A stretch of 56,163 nt of DNA, the filler included, from Sphacelaria rigidula (lineage: Eukaryota), in NCBI GenBank assembly GCA_964200075.2. It is 7 parts of 7 records of this genome, joined end to end, with 100 filler letters (N's around TTAATTAATTAA, not from the genome) between each part and the next. Parts side by side here need not be neighbours in the genome. Positions count along the whole stretch, not along the records: positions 8,039 to 15,976 come from CAXNAA020012913.1; positions 16,077 to 24,014 come from CAXNAA020012914.1; 5 more parts are not named here. One strand, 5' to 3'. The position numbers and the translations under genes are program-made. Shown piece by piece: positions 10,620 to 22,084 of this stretch. The notes under the pieces were generated by a model. The model was given only the letters and a program-made list of their open reading frames with translations. It ran no database searches and was not told the origin of the DNA. Position 1 is the stretch's first letter. Each line of letters opens with the position of its first letter.

Positions 10620-13600
10620 CCCCCGGCCGTCGACATTAACCACTTCCATGCTTCCCTCTGCCATGCTCATGAGACTGTTCTCAGAGCAACTGCCGCCCAA
10701 CAGAGCATCACCCACACGGGATAGTTGGCACCCTGCGCCGGATGTGTGGAGGCAAAAGGGCAATGTGCAGCACGCTCGAGTACTCGGTCGGCTACGGCCC
10801 TCAGCACCATACACCTGGACCTCACGGGACCTCATGTACGGACACTAGGGGATTCACTACACGTGCTCGTCTGCGTGGATAGTAGGCCGCGTCTCATCAC
10901 ACTGTACGGATTGGCGAGGAAGGCACAAGCCTTGGCGAAGGTGGAGGGCTACATGGCCGCCGTCAATCAAATCGGCACTTCCCGGTGCTTCCGTATCGTC
11001 AACGGCGGTGAATTTCGATCGCGGGATTTCATCGGCTTCTGTGACGATGTACGGATTCGCCGCGAGTATACCGCGCCCGATACGCCGAAGCAAAATGCTG
11101 TAGCCGAGAGCGCAATCCGGCGCGTAATGAAGGCTCGCCACGCTGCGCGCTGTGAAATATCGCGTCTCTTCCCCTCTGAAAGCTATACTACCATCCTCAC
11201 TTCGGGTGGCACCTTGGGTCGGCTCTGGTTGGAGTCCGCGGTGTGGGGCGCTGATGGTTTCAATCGCTCCGTGACGATGCCCAATCCCCTACGAGATCTC
11301 CACCAACCTTGCCCCTACTCTCTAGATTATTCTCTTCCTTCAACCATGAGTGATAAGGGTAAACCGCTGCTCCAAGATGGACCCGCAAGCTGTCACTTTC
11401 TATTACCTCGACAACGGCAGCCACCACTCCTCGTCAACGGTGAAAGTCATCAAAGCCGCAACCGGATCCGTCTGATACACCAGCAACGCTGTCTGGACAG
11501 TGCCTCATCCATCACTCCAGCCACCAGCGCCGTCCGACGGAAGGGGGGGGAAAGAAGACGCTTCCGGTTTCGCCGACGCCGCCGACAACCAGCCGCCGTG
11601 ACTACATAGTCCAGTCATGCCGCCGCTTCATCATACTGCCCCATCGTCGCGACCATATCATACCGTCCAATCGCGACCACATCATTCCGTTTCCGCCGAC
11701 GCCGCCGACAATCCGCCGCCGCGACCACATCCTTCAGTCAAGCCGCCGCTACACCATACGGTGCCGCCGTCGCGACCACATCATACTGTCCCACCGCACC
11801 ATATCACATTGTCCTGCCGCCGCCTACTGACCCGTCGACGCTACCATATCATCCCGTCCCGCCGCGATCCATCATACCGTTCCGCCGCGATCACATTATA
11901 CTCTCCTGCCGCCACCGCGACGTACTGTGCCCCTGCCGCTACGCCGTACAGTCGTGCCGCCGCCTCCATTTCCATTCGCCGATGCGCCACGTTATCGACA
12001 TCTAACTTCCACCGCACCGTCGATAACGTCGCCATCTGTCGCCACTCAAAATCAGCAATACCCGTACGCCATACCGCCGACTTCACCACCCTGACAACCG
12101 ACTTCACCGTTCCAACAACCAACTTCACCCCCGATATTCAACGATTTTTTGGCACCATCAACCATTTCAGCAGCTTCATCACCAGCAAGCCATCATCTAC
12201 AAGACCGTTCTCTACCATCACTGCCCGACAGGGTTATCAAGGAACTGAACCTGAGTAATGATCCTCGACAGCCGGGGAGAACGCGATCGAGGACAGCTCA
12301 CCACAAAGCCGAGAAGGAGTGGGGCAATAACATCGCTCTAGTTCATCACGAAAGGGACATTTTTGCGCAACTCGACAAGCCATGCCTTTTATCCGCCCAC
12401 CTCTCGCGGTCCGCTGTAGACGCCGAGACAAGGCGGCAGGATGACAGGAGAGGAGAGCGAGAGGGTATACACTTTCGGGATGCGATGGTGTTGGCGAGGC
12501 GGGAGGATATCGACATAGCAACGGAGGAACAGCGTCCGCCGCACAAATCGGCAAACTTCTTCGTCGCCCAGTGAAGGAGCTGAAGATCCCAAGGGCTTAA
12601 TTTGGAGCCACACTACCGGGGCAGAGAGGAGTGTGGGTGGACTTTCTGACGCGAGAATTTCAAGGCCTTGAGGAAGCGGAGACTATAGATGCGGCAGAAT
12701 AGCAAAAAGTAGCTAATTTCATTCACGCAAAGTGGGTTTACAACTGAAAGCCTGACAGGATTGGGTGGCCAACAAAAGTACAATCGAGACTTGTCGCAAG
12801 GGGGGATATGCAACGGGCAGACATCGACGTTGGTGAATTTCGCGCACCTACAGTGGCGGCTTCGAGTGTACGTTTGCTAATAGCTCATGCCTGTGAGCAG
12901 ATCCGTGTTTGGCAGATTCATGTGTATTCCGACTGATGGGGTACAACAAGGCAGTGATCACATTGGCGGTATATGTGGACGATATATTTGCCGTGGGGAT
13001 GAGGAAAGGTGTGATAGATTTGGTGAGCAAGTGAACACAATGGTTCCAGTTAAGAATCTAGGAGAACTGCGATGGTATTCTGAACTAAATTGCGAGAGAG
13101 AGATTTGGAGAGGGAGACCCTCACCATTTCACAACAGACTTTTGCAGAGGAGCTGGTCGAGGAATATAACATATCATGGGGGAACTAAACACCGATGAGT
13201 GCCAGCGTGAAACTCGAGGTTTTCAATGAGGATGAGCAGATCACGACATTTCCAGTCAGGGAACTAGTAGGGTCGTTGATGCTATTCGAAGATCACTCTA
13301 GACCGCACATTTGCGACCCAGTGAGAGCGGTGGCGAGATATTGCGCGTCACCAAGACTGATCCACCGGTGAACTGCTCCTGGTATACTCGGGTGTGTTAG
13401 GCGAACTAGTACGTTAGGTATTACTTTTCGGAGGGACAGTTTACAAGGCCTTAATTTCCAAGCATATGCCGATGCAGACTACTCAAGTAAGACAGCTGAT
13501 AGACGATCAGTGCCGGGGGACTGGTAAGGGGTGGATGCGTCTCATGGTTCTCAGGGACACAAAAGTGTGTGACGCTGTCAACGTCTGAAGCAGAGTACGT

Positions 13601-14559
13601 CGCAATGACTGGCGTGGTGAAGAAGTTGCTCTTTTTGTGACAGGTGTGGGAATTCATGCTGCCTGAAGTTGGAGAATCGTGAATTTCTGTTTTGGAGGAC
13701 AATCAGGGTACCATTCAGCTGGCACAAAACCTCGTTACGAAAACCAACTCCAAACACATTGATGTAATATACCAATTTGTCAGAGAGCTGGTGAGAAGAA
13801 GGGGGATCTCAATTATTCATGTGGGATCTGAGTACCAGCATGGCGATTTCTTGGCAAAGGTTTTACCAACGGACTCATTTGAATTTCACCGTGATTATGT
13901 CATGAGCATTTTTCATGTTCATGGTAAGGGAACTACGGATATCTTCGTGGTGGATTACGGAAGAAATATGGCTTGTGATTGAATCAAATATAACCCCTCG
14001 AATGCGAAAGTAATATAAGATTACCAGGGCGTATAGTGTAGGGAGTACCTTTCCCTGGACAAGTTTGGTCTTTTTCGATGCTGAGTCTTTCAAGCTTCAC
14101 GGTAATTGTCTCACGAGCATTATTGTTTAATTTATACGGGGAGAGAACTAAGATATTCCCTGCGTGATGATATGACCAGGGCTAAGCTTCAGCAAGGGGG
14201 GCTATAGCATATTGCCGACCTAAGTCCTAGTGAATATGAAATCAAATTGATTCGGGTATATTCCAGTGCAGGTTGACGGTGTACTGGATTTGCGTGGCGG
14301 AGAGATAATGGACCGATCATGAGGCCAATATCGTGTTATGACTAGATGTGCCACATATAAGGCTATCCGTCCTACACACTCCCACTACCTCACTCATATT
14401 TGTATCTCGTATTTGCATTCTACATACTTGGTGTTTGGAGACAGCACGTACAGCTTGCACGGTCTATATGTTATGTGAGTCAAGGGTATAAGACGTTAAT
14501 ACAACCAGAGTTGATGCGCATTTCCCTCTGTCCAGAGCACCTATTTCGAGAAGCTTTCA
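10620..14559 (+). mobile_element. Degenerate, 5'-truncated Ty1/Copia LTR retrotransposon (integrase, RT remnants, RNase H, PPT, 3' LTR)
   Basis: HHCC finger (FHASLCHAH...CAGC), rve core (IHLDLTGP, NGGEF, TAPDTPKQNAVAE), RT remnant (AKWVY), RNase H (AYADADY, LSTSEAEYVAM, EDNQGTIQLA, SKHIDV); IN-RT-RH order; multiple stops and frameshifts. Confidence 0.93.
14203..14559 (+). repeat. 3' LTR of the Copia element
   Basis: Begins just after the polypurine tract AAGGGGGG (14194-14201), has TATA-like GGGTATAAG near 14484, ends TCA; the second copy at 9346-9703 defines the boundaries. Confidence 0.7.
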
Positions 14560-14870
14560 CTTGCTTCAAACCTCCGATATTGGTAGTCAATAGTTCTGTG
14601 AGATTTGTTTGGAAATTTAACCTTACCCGGGGCACGGGTATGCCTTTGTAGGCATACCCGGTCGCGGGCAAGGTTTTCTGAGCAATCTCCTTGTTGTCGT
14701 ACCCGACGAGTTCCATCAGCGGTTCTGTAAGAACTCCATGCCGGTACCCGATAGTTCTGACTGTGACACTTCCATGCCGGTAGTCGACAGTTTCGCACGT
14801 TCTGTAAGAACCACCAAAGAGCTCCACTCTACTGATCATATCCGTACCCCACAGAACACAATCTTGAAAT
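14560..14870 (-). repeat. ACAGAACTTACAGAA/CGGGTACCGG-type repeat; also at 9200-9345 and, inverted, 32985-33200
   Basis: Recurrent GTACCCGA(C/T)AGTTCTG and TTCTGTAAG motifs; terminal motifs TTCCAAGATTGTGTTCTG (9202) and CAGAACACAATCTTGAAA (14852) are inverted. Confidence 0.7.
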
Positions 14871-14888
14871 TTGTTTTCACCGTTAACA

Positions 14889-15147
14889 GAGTGATGCTAC
14901 GGTAGGGGTGCCCAAATATTTTCTGAGGTTGGACTTTTTTGGAGCCCTTTATCTAATGCAAAAAGCGACCTATGAAAATATGTGAAAGTACGCCAGGATT
15001 ACAACTCTAATGTGCTGGGGATATCCCGAGTATATTTGTAAACGGGAATGTCCTGACCCATATTTTTGTGCATCTTGAATCGTTAGGAGCCCCCGAACTA
15101 GAGACATAATCTCGCGAAAAAAGTGCATCTCTACCGTAGCATTGCTC
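14889..15147. mobile_element. MITE family A (TIR GAGCAATGCTACGGTAGGGGTGCAC)
   Basis: 25-bp imperfect TIRs; colinear with 36725-36983. Confidence 0.8.
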
Positions 15148-15624
15148 GACACGTACCCAAATGTATTTTCTACTTCAATTTACTGCTGACGTGTAAGTAT
15201 TGTCAGCTCTTGCAGTAGACATCGTATCGTATTTACTTCGTCATGATAATATATCATATTGTATCAAACAAGGAACGCACGTCATCGCGCCATTTTTTTT
15301 GTTTTTTTTTATTTGTTTCATTTGTCGCACTTTGAACCCCCGTTCTTCCTCAGGACGAGTCCGTGGTCTAAAGGGATCAACCCATCTCTCCCCGGTACAC
15401 ATCTTGCATTTTGATCTCGCGCCCTGGGTCAGCACTCCCGCACCGCGTCACCTCACGTCAAACAAGCTCAGCCAACTACTTGGTTTGCTCACGTTCTCAC
15501 GCTTTCCATGTTGGAAATTGGATGCAACGAGGATAACATCCCAAGCATCGGAAAACGAACCCTCGTTTTCTCCACCCTAGCGGCGACAGTCAAACCATTC
15601 ACACGTTGGACATATCAGCTCCCT

Positions 15625-15920
15625 GTAGCTCGAGCTAGCTCCTTTTCAGCGTAGCTCCCTTGTGAGCTACAAGAAGCTACATGAGCTACGCATGTTTTTA
15701 CTGGGTGAGCTGTAAGAGCAACATGAGCTACGCATATATGTTTGCCCTGTGTGAGCTACCAACCCGTAGCCCATCAGCTCATATTCACCCCAGGTGAGGT
15801 TTTAAAGCTGCATGAGCTACGCATGTTTGTCCTGGGTGAGTTACCAACCCGTAGCTCATTAGCTCATATTCACCGTGAGTGAAATACAAGAACTGCATGA
15901 GCTACATATGTTTGTCCTGG
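15625..15920. repeat. Degenerate tandem repeat built on (CAT/GT)GAGCTAC
   Basis: Recurrent CATGAGCTACGCATGTTT..CTGGGTGAG units. Confidence 0.8.
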
Positions 15921-16076
15921 AAACAGCCAATCATCTATGTTGAGGATGGTGCTTTTGATTGAGGATGAGAACCCGGNNNNNNNNNNNNNNNNNNNNNNNN
16001 NNNNNNNNNNNNNNNNNNNNTTAATTAATTAANNNNNNNNNNNNNNNNNNNNNNNNNNNNNNNNNNNNNNNNNNNN

Positions 16077-16095
16077 CAGCAACAACAACAACAGC

Positions 16096-16180
<85 letters not shown>
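16077..16180. repeat. (CAA)n microsatellite
   Basis: Direct reading. Confidence 0.97.
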
Positions 16181-16182
<2 letters not shown>

Positions 16183-17356
16183 ATTTACCGTACCAATCCT
16201 CCGCCCGGAGTTCCTGCGACGGGGACGACGCGGAGCCGGACTACCGCTCCTGCCGAATAGTCGCCCCACCGTTAGGGTGAGCGTTTCAAAATGCCTTGCT
16301 ATTGTAAGCTAGGAACCTCGTTTAGAGCTGTTGACGACCCCTTTTATCTCCGGAAGATTGCCGTTATCTGCTGTCAGTCGTCGTTTTTGAGCTAGTGCTA
16401 CGGCCGCAGACGGTTTTATCCTGGGGTGTGTTTGCAGTCCCTTCGGCAGGGAGGCTAGGCTAAGCAGCGTGGATGGATGATCATCGGTCTCCTATACTGT
16501 ACGCAAAGTTGACTATAAAAGCACAGGGAGTCAGCACCCGATAAAGGTTTTCATATTCCTAACTTCTAACCTTTTGCGATACCACATGCCCTTTTGCTGT
16601 CAGGCACTCTCGAACACCGGAGAGATATTTCTTGCAGGTCGATAGGTACTGTAGTTTTAAAATTGCACCTATTCGTATCATCTCCCTCAAGGCCACGCTT
16701 GTCCCGGCCTTTCGATGCCCAGGACCATCAGTGGTTCAACCACGTCAGCCTCAGCATCACGAGAAGCACAGCAGGACAACTGGACGTGTATTGGCCGTGG
16801 TGACGACGGTGACTTGTTCGAGGACGTGGAATGTTCTTCATGGCGATTCTCTCCCGCATACTCGGCGCCCTCGGTTGGCCGTGCAGTCACCGGTGGTTTT
16901 GCTGTCGCTCACCCGCCGGCTGGCAATGAACAGCAGGTGAAGGTGACCTAAAACTCACAAAGCGCTAGCATTCCGTGGATACCTCGGGAAAAATATTGGA
17001 AGTTGCAAAGCAACCATCATGAGCACAGGTCAGCACACACACACACACACACACATACACACACTTGAACCGCAATACGTGCACCTATGGTCTTGTTTTA
17101 CAACTTCTCCGATTCGAGTGTTTCTCGCGTTTGGCCCTGTATCGTACGTATCTGGCAGTCCGAACGACCACACCGTCCAACAGCACACCACTGATATCCA
17201 TTGTCCCAATGCTCCTAATCGTTCATGCCGCACGGATGCCCTCGTTTTTCTTTTTGGGCATCTTCCTCGAAAATTTCCGCCGACCAACAAAATTACGCCA
17301 CTCCTTCGGGACGCCACAAGCGCCCACAGTCCATTTCGGTAGTCCGCGAGAACCTC

Positions 17357-17974
17357 ATGGCGTACGTCGGCTCGCGCATACTGCCGCCCATCACAGACTC
17401 TCAGCCACCCCTGCCAGCCACAGCCCCGCCAGGACCCACAGCTGACACTGTGCGCAGTCGCACTGGCCGCGCACGATCGTCAGCCGAGAGGACTCATGGG
17501 TCTAGCAGGCGGTATCATGAAAGGGATCCAGACGAGATGCCGGAATCATTTTCAACGCTTGCCATTACTCCACCACAACACGCAACCACTGGTGGTCGAG
17601 AGGTATCTCCAGAGCCAAGGAGTTTTGAGTGGGGCGAGAGGAAGGAAATACCTGGAAGCGAAAAAACAGTGGCCGAATCCCAACCGAGTGTATCACCTCC
17701 TGTGGAGTTTGAACCCATTGATTCCGAGGATGTGAAGCCGACATGCACGGGAAAGCGAGCAGGGCTTATCGGCGGTGGTGGCACCCTCCCTACTCGACCT
17801 GACTCGCTGCTCAACGTCGACGAGTTGGTGGAACTCATGTTAGCCGAAGCTGAAGCTTTGGGGAAGAGTCTGGGAAGGATCAACACATCCGAGGCTCGTG
17901 AGCCAGCATACGTCGATTCCTGGCTCGGCGGAGCAGTAGCACCACACGATCACCAGAAGTACGATCCGAGGACG
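17357..17974 (+). CDS. ZU5-domain protein, exon 1 of the model (low-complexity N-terminus; start uncertain, possible upstream exon ~16691-16936)
   Basis: Long open frame ending ACG/GTAAGC, phase 0. Confidence 0.65.
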
Positions 17975-18079
17975 GTAAGCCACGTCCTCTGCCTCTGTCG
18001 TTTTTCCTCAAAAGCGTACGTGTACCAGTTGTAGTGCCGCGGAGTTGTTGTCGAACGAGGACCAGTGTTGAGGAGAAAA

Positions 18080-18430
18080 GATGCAGTGTTGTCGTCTCAT
18101 CTATTCTGGATGCCGGTCTACACCTTCCGGTATATGTGGGCGCACCAGCCGGGGTCACACAGGAGGAGGGCCAACACAGAAGTTTTTCCTTTTCCGTTAT
18201 TGTTTTGGTACTCCACCTTCCTGCTGCAATGCTTGCCTTTTACTTTTATCGCAAGAGGGGTTCAGCAGTCCCTTTTTCCTCGTCGACTGTGAAGTCAAAT
18301 TTTGTGTACCCACGACATAGTCGCTCTCCACCATTGGGCATGGGAAAAAATCCCAGATCGCTCCGAGATTCGAACCCACGACCCAACCGTCAGAAGGTTT
18401 CGAGGTTGCCAAATGAGCCACCGGGGCGAC
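18080..18430 (-). mobile_element. tRNA-derived SINE in intron 1
   Basis: Minus strand begins GCCCCGGTGGCTCATTTGG (A box) and contains GGTTCGAATCTC (B box); ~340-bp homology to 51326-51665. Confidence 0.8.
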
Positions 18431-18853
18431 AATTTGCAGTACACTTATGTCGTCCACGGTGAATACGTGTGTTCTTTGCGAACAAAAAACATGTGCCCAC
18501 ACTTCACGCACAACACACCAACTAAAGCTGGTCTTCAAGCCGGGGGTGGGTACTGTTCACACTTCGTGATAGCACCGCTAGGGTGACGCATGGTGCCTCA
18601 CTGAACGCTCTTGTCCACTTACGCTCCACGTACCCGCACGCCGTGCAATATAGATGATAGCATCATTCTGTTGTGTGTGCAAAAATCGGCACGGTCTCCA
18701 AGCAGCTTCCAAGTGTTACTTTTCCGAATCTACAGTTGCTTGTGTAACAACCTGCATTCGCTTTTTCGGACACTACAGTACCAGGTGGTAACTCACGACA
18801 TCAGTTTTTGACACAACACGCGTTCCTGTTCCTATCCGGCAATCATGCACCAG

Positions 18854-19111
18854 AAACATGCGCGTGCGACAAACCCGAGCCGGCAAACTGCACGTAGGGT
18901 GAACATGCGCCAGAAAGTTGCTCGTGTGATGGAGGTCGTTGACGAAATGGCGTGGGTACTCACCAAGACAAACACCGTGGAAGAGGCGCAGAAGCTGGCG
19001 AGGTCAATACCCCGCCAGGTGGCAACAGCCGCAGTCGTACAGACGGAGGCCGAGAAGGGCGACACTCAAGTACCGTGGGCGTGTTCCACAAATATGGCCG
19101 GAAGCTTTGAG
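18854..19111 (+). CDS. ZU5-domain protein, exon 2
   Basis: CAG acceptor, GAG/GTGAC donor, 258 nt phase 0-0, helical-looking KHARATN...AGSFE. Confidence 0.75.
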
Positions 19112-19405
19112 GTGACCGAGCTTTGTTTGCGTCGTCTCGACCTCAGATATTTCGGATATAGTGTCTCTCGGTTGTAAACAGTGGTCCCCCCTGCAGAGTA
19201 TTGCGTGCAGAGTGTGTGTCGCGGCAGTCACAGTACTGCCTCGGAGTATCAATGTGAATCTTTTTGCAGTACAAATACCATAGCATTGGTGCACTCGTTC
19301 TTCGGCAAGTCTCCGTGGTGTGTGAAAATCGGCCAAGGTATTCGTGTCCGCAGATGATGCGCCCTCTGATGGTGTCTCCTATCTATCGCCCGTTGATCCT
19401 CGCAG

Positions 19406-19720
19406 GAAGAGCTGATCGAGTTTCAGAGTCGTCTCATTACGGACATGCGGTTGGATCCGGAGAGCTGGAGAACTTGGGTCGTGGACGTGTTGACTAGCCT
19501 GTCCATCAGAGAGGCGGAAGAATGGTTCTTCGAGCAGGAGTGGCGGCAAGCGGTTCCTGACTTTGGTTCGGGAATATCGCAAAGCAATCGCGAGAGAAGG
19601 TGCAGCAGCGGAACGCCGTTCTGGAGCCAGGTCTGCGAAGAGGAAGGCGACGTGGAGAAGCAACAGCGAGATGCCGACAAACCGCACGACAGGCGCGATG
19701 AAATTGCGACATATATGATG
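19406..19720 (+). CDS. ZU5-domain protein, exon 3
   Basis: CGCAG acceptor, ATG/GTATGA donor, 315 nt phase 0-0 (EELIEFQSRLITDMRLDPESWRTW...). Confidence 0.78.
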
Positions 19721-20069
19721 GTATGAAAGCGGCGTATGGTGTGCACATGCTATCCGTATGTGTTCCCACTTGCTGGTGCAATATGCAGGGCACAAATAGA
19801 TTCGTAGCTGACCCTATTTTCAAGTCTTGGAGTCTACAGGACATGATTCGTGGTCTTTGGGCAAGTGATTTCTTCGGCAGAAGGTTCGGCACGTTACGTG
19901 CTATCAGCGGGAAAGGGAAGGGCGCTGATATTTTGAGATACCCCAAGCCCCGCCGTTTTGTTGCACGAAGTTTAGGCACGATATACTTGTATATCTCGGT
20001 GACTTATTGCTCGCCGTGATCCCCCCTCCTTGTACCGCCGTTCTGTTGCGCATAAATTGAATAAAACAG

Positions 20070-20806
20070 CAAAGATGCAGTCTCATTGACGAAGAGTCCG
20101 AGGAAACTTTCACGCCGCATGCACCGCTGGACACCACTCACGGCAGCATTCGAGGGAGAGTAAGTGAAACAAGCGCTGCAGCAGCAGCGCGTGATGCGGC
20201 TGTGATTACGAAGCCGAAAGACAGACAAAGTTCTAGGTCAACAGCACAGGACAACGAGTGGGTGGAGGTCGAGATCCTCGAGACGCAGGAACAAGGTCGA
20301 TGCCCTCCTCGTGCGCAACCACCGCCGGCCGCACCATCATATTTGAATACCCCGGCGGCACAACCTCAAGAGCGGCAGCTCCCTCAGGAAGCAGCGCAAG
20401 ACATTATCCAGATTGTGAGTCAATTTGACTCGACACCGAAGGTCTTCTCTTCAGCAGGGGACGGCGTGAGGTTGCACGTGCACGCCGGCTGTCTACGGGA
20501 GGAGCAGGTGGCAGGGCCGATTTCCATCCTCACCGGGACCCGATGTTTAGTGCAGTGTGAGGGGGAAATGTTCTTGGTGTCGGAGGTGGTCGATTGTCAG
20601 CCTTCGGGGATTCGATTTGAACAACCCCTGCATCTGGACTTTCGGATTGACGTCAGTGAAGCAGTGGACGAGGAAGATCGGGAGGGAGAGGAGGAGGAGG
20701 AGGAGGAGGAGGAGGAGGAGGGGGGGGGGGGGAAGAGGAAGATCCAACGGTCTTGATGAAGGAACAACGAGAAGAATACATGCGGGAGCTCGAAGGCACA
20801 TACAAG
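20070..20806 (+). CDS. ZU5-domain protein, exon 4 (N-terminal part of ZU5; apparent frameshift in poly-G 20720-20732)
   Basis: GDGVRLHVHAGCL and SEVVDCQPSGIRFEQPLHLDF match ZU5 motifs (GVxLxIPxGA, SPxVxCxPxGxxFxxPxxL); after the G-run a shifted frame reads EEDPTVLMKEQREEYMRELEGTYK to AAG/GTGAC. Confidence 0.75.
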
Positions 20807-21313
20807 GTGACGCAAGTCGGCTGTTGCAAAGGGTGTGCGAAGGTGGTTGGTAGTCTCTCGCCTTTCGTTGATCGACCCCCTCCTCTACACATGGTGTTGA
20901 CGGGTAGGTGACAATGGTGGTGAGTTATCTCACGAGCGATCTCCGTGCGGCGAATCCGCGCTTGGCCATTGTACTGCTGAAGTACGCTGAAGACAAGTCA
21001 TGCGGGCGGGGCGCATTGAGAGCTTTCTCGCCTCTCAGTGCTTGATAAAGAAAGACCGACGTAGCTGGTGTTTTTATCCGCTCAGATGTCCAAGCGGCGG
21101 AATTTCGTGACACTCAAATAGCTATCGACTCGCGATAATCGTCGCCCCAGTACTAATGCATGTAAAAACGTTGTCTACTCAAACAACAACTACTGTACAG
21201 GAACGCGCTCCCGGATGACTCACAAGATGAAGTTACAGCAACGAGCTCTGATTCATAACCGTCCGCACTGACCGAATGGTCTTATTGTTTTACGAAATTT
21301 CACGAAAATGCAG

Positions 21314-22084
21314 GTGTTGTGGCGGGACGATAGCAGCTCACCTTGGCACTCGCAAGGCGCCGACAAAACACTCGTCCTCTTCGAGAACGGCAAGTTCTTC
21401 GTCCGAGCTCTTGTCGACCATTTCTCTCAAGGCTGTCTCGCCAAAAACATCCAACCGGGCTCCCCTTATCACGAAGAAGTAGTGTCCGGGTTTTGGGGCT
21501 CCCCCAAAAAGGGGCAGCTGGAATTCGTGAATGCCACAAGCCGACCCCTGATATTTCTGGTGATGCCGACGTCTGTGTCCAACACGGCGCTTCACTCCTT
21601 CGACGCCGGGGTATCGGTGGCAGAGGGTGGCGCGCACATTTCCATGCAGAAAGCCGTGAACCAATCGGTCCTTCTCGAGGCGATAAACCCACAGGTGCTA
21701 CAGGTTGGTCCCAGGAACGCCGGTGTTTCCGATGGCGGTCCTCGCGCCGGAGAGAGGTGCCCGTACGCTACGTGCTCTCTATCGAAGTGGACTGGGCGAG
21801 AAGCACGAGTAGCCTTGATAACGGTAGATGGCAACCTTGTTTCTGTGTGGAATTCGCGTATAATCAAACAGAGGACGCGAGTCATCGTGCTCCCTGGTCA
21901 GTTTGTGCAAGGAATGCTACCCCTGCTCGGTGTGCACGGCACGGACGGGCTCGTTGGCGGGGTAGAGTCGTGTGTGAAGATTGCGGTGTCAGTCGTGGGG
22001 AAGCACTTGGGGTGGAATACACTCCAATCGGCGCCGTTCTCAACCATTAAGTCCTCGGCACCTATGGCACGGTATGGGGATTAG
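21314..22084 (+). CDS. ZU5-domain protein, terminal exon (end of ZU5 with HFS motif, then a beta-rich domain)
   Basis: TGCAG acceptor; VLWRDDSSSPW...VRALVDHFSQG; 256 codons to TAG. Confidence 0.8.
   Translation: MLWRDDSSSPWHSQGADKTLVLFENGKFFVRALVDHFSQGCLAKNIQPGSPYHEEVVSGFWGSPKKGQLEFVNATSRPLIFLVMPTSVSNTALHSFDAGVSVAEGGAHISMQKAVNQSVLLEAINPQVLQVGPRNAGVSDGGPRAGERCPYATCSLSKWTGREARVALITVDGNLVSVWNSRIIKQRTRVIVLPGQFVQGMLPLLGVHGTDGLVGGVESCVKIAVSVVGKHLGWNTLQSAPFSTIKSSAPMARYGD

Noticed and set aside
11617-12258. 213-aa Pro/His/Thr-rich ORF
   Set aside because: Lies in the low-complexity IN-RT linker of the decayed Copia pol; not a separate gene
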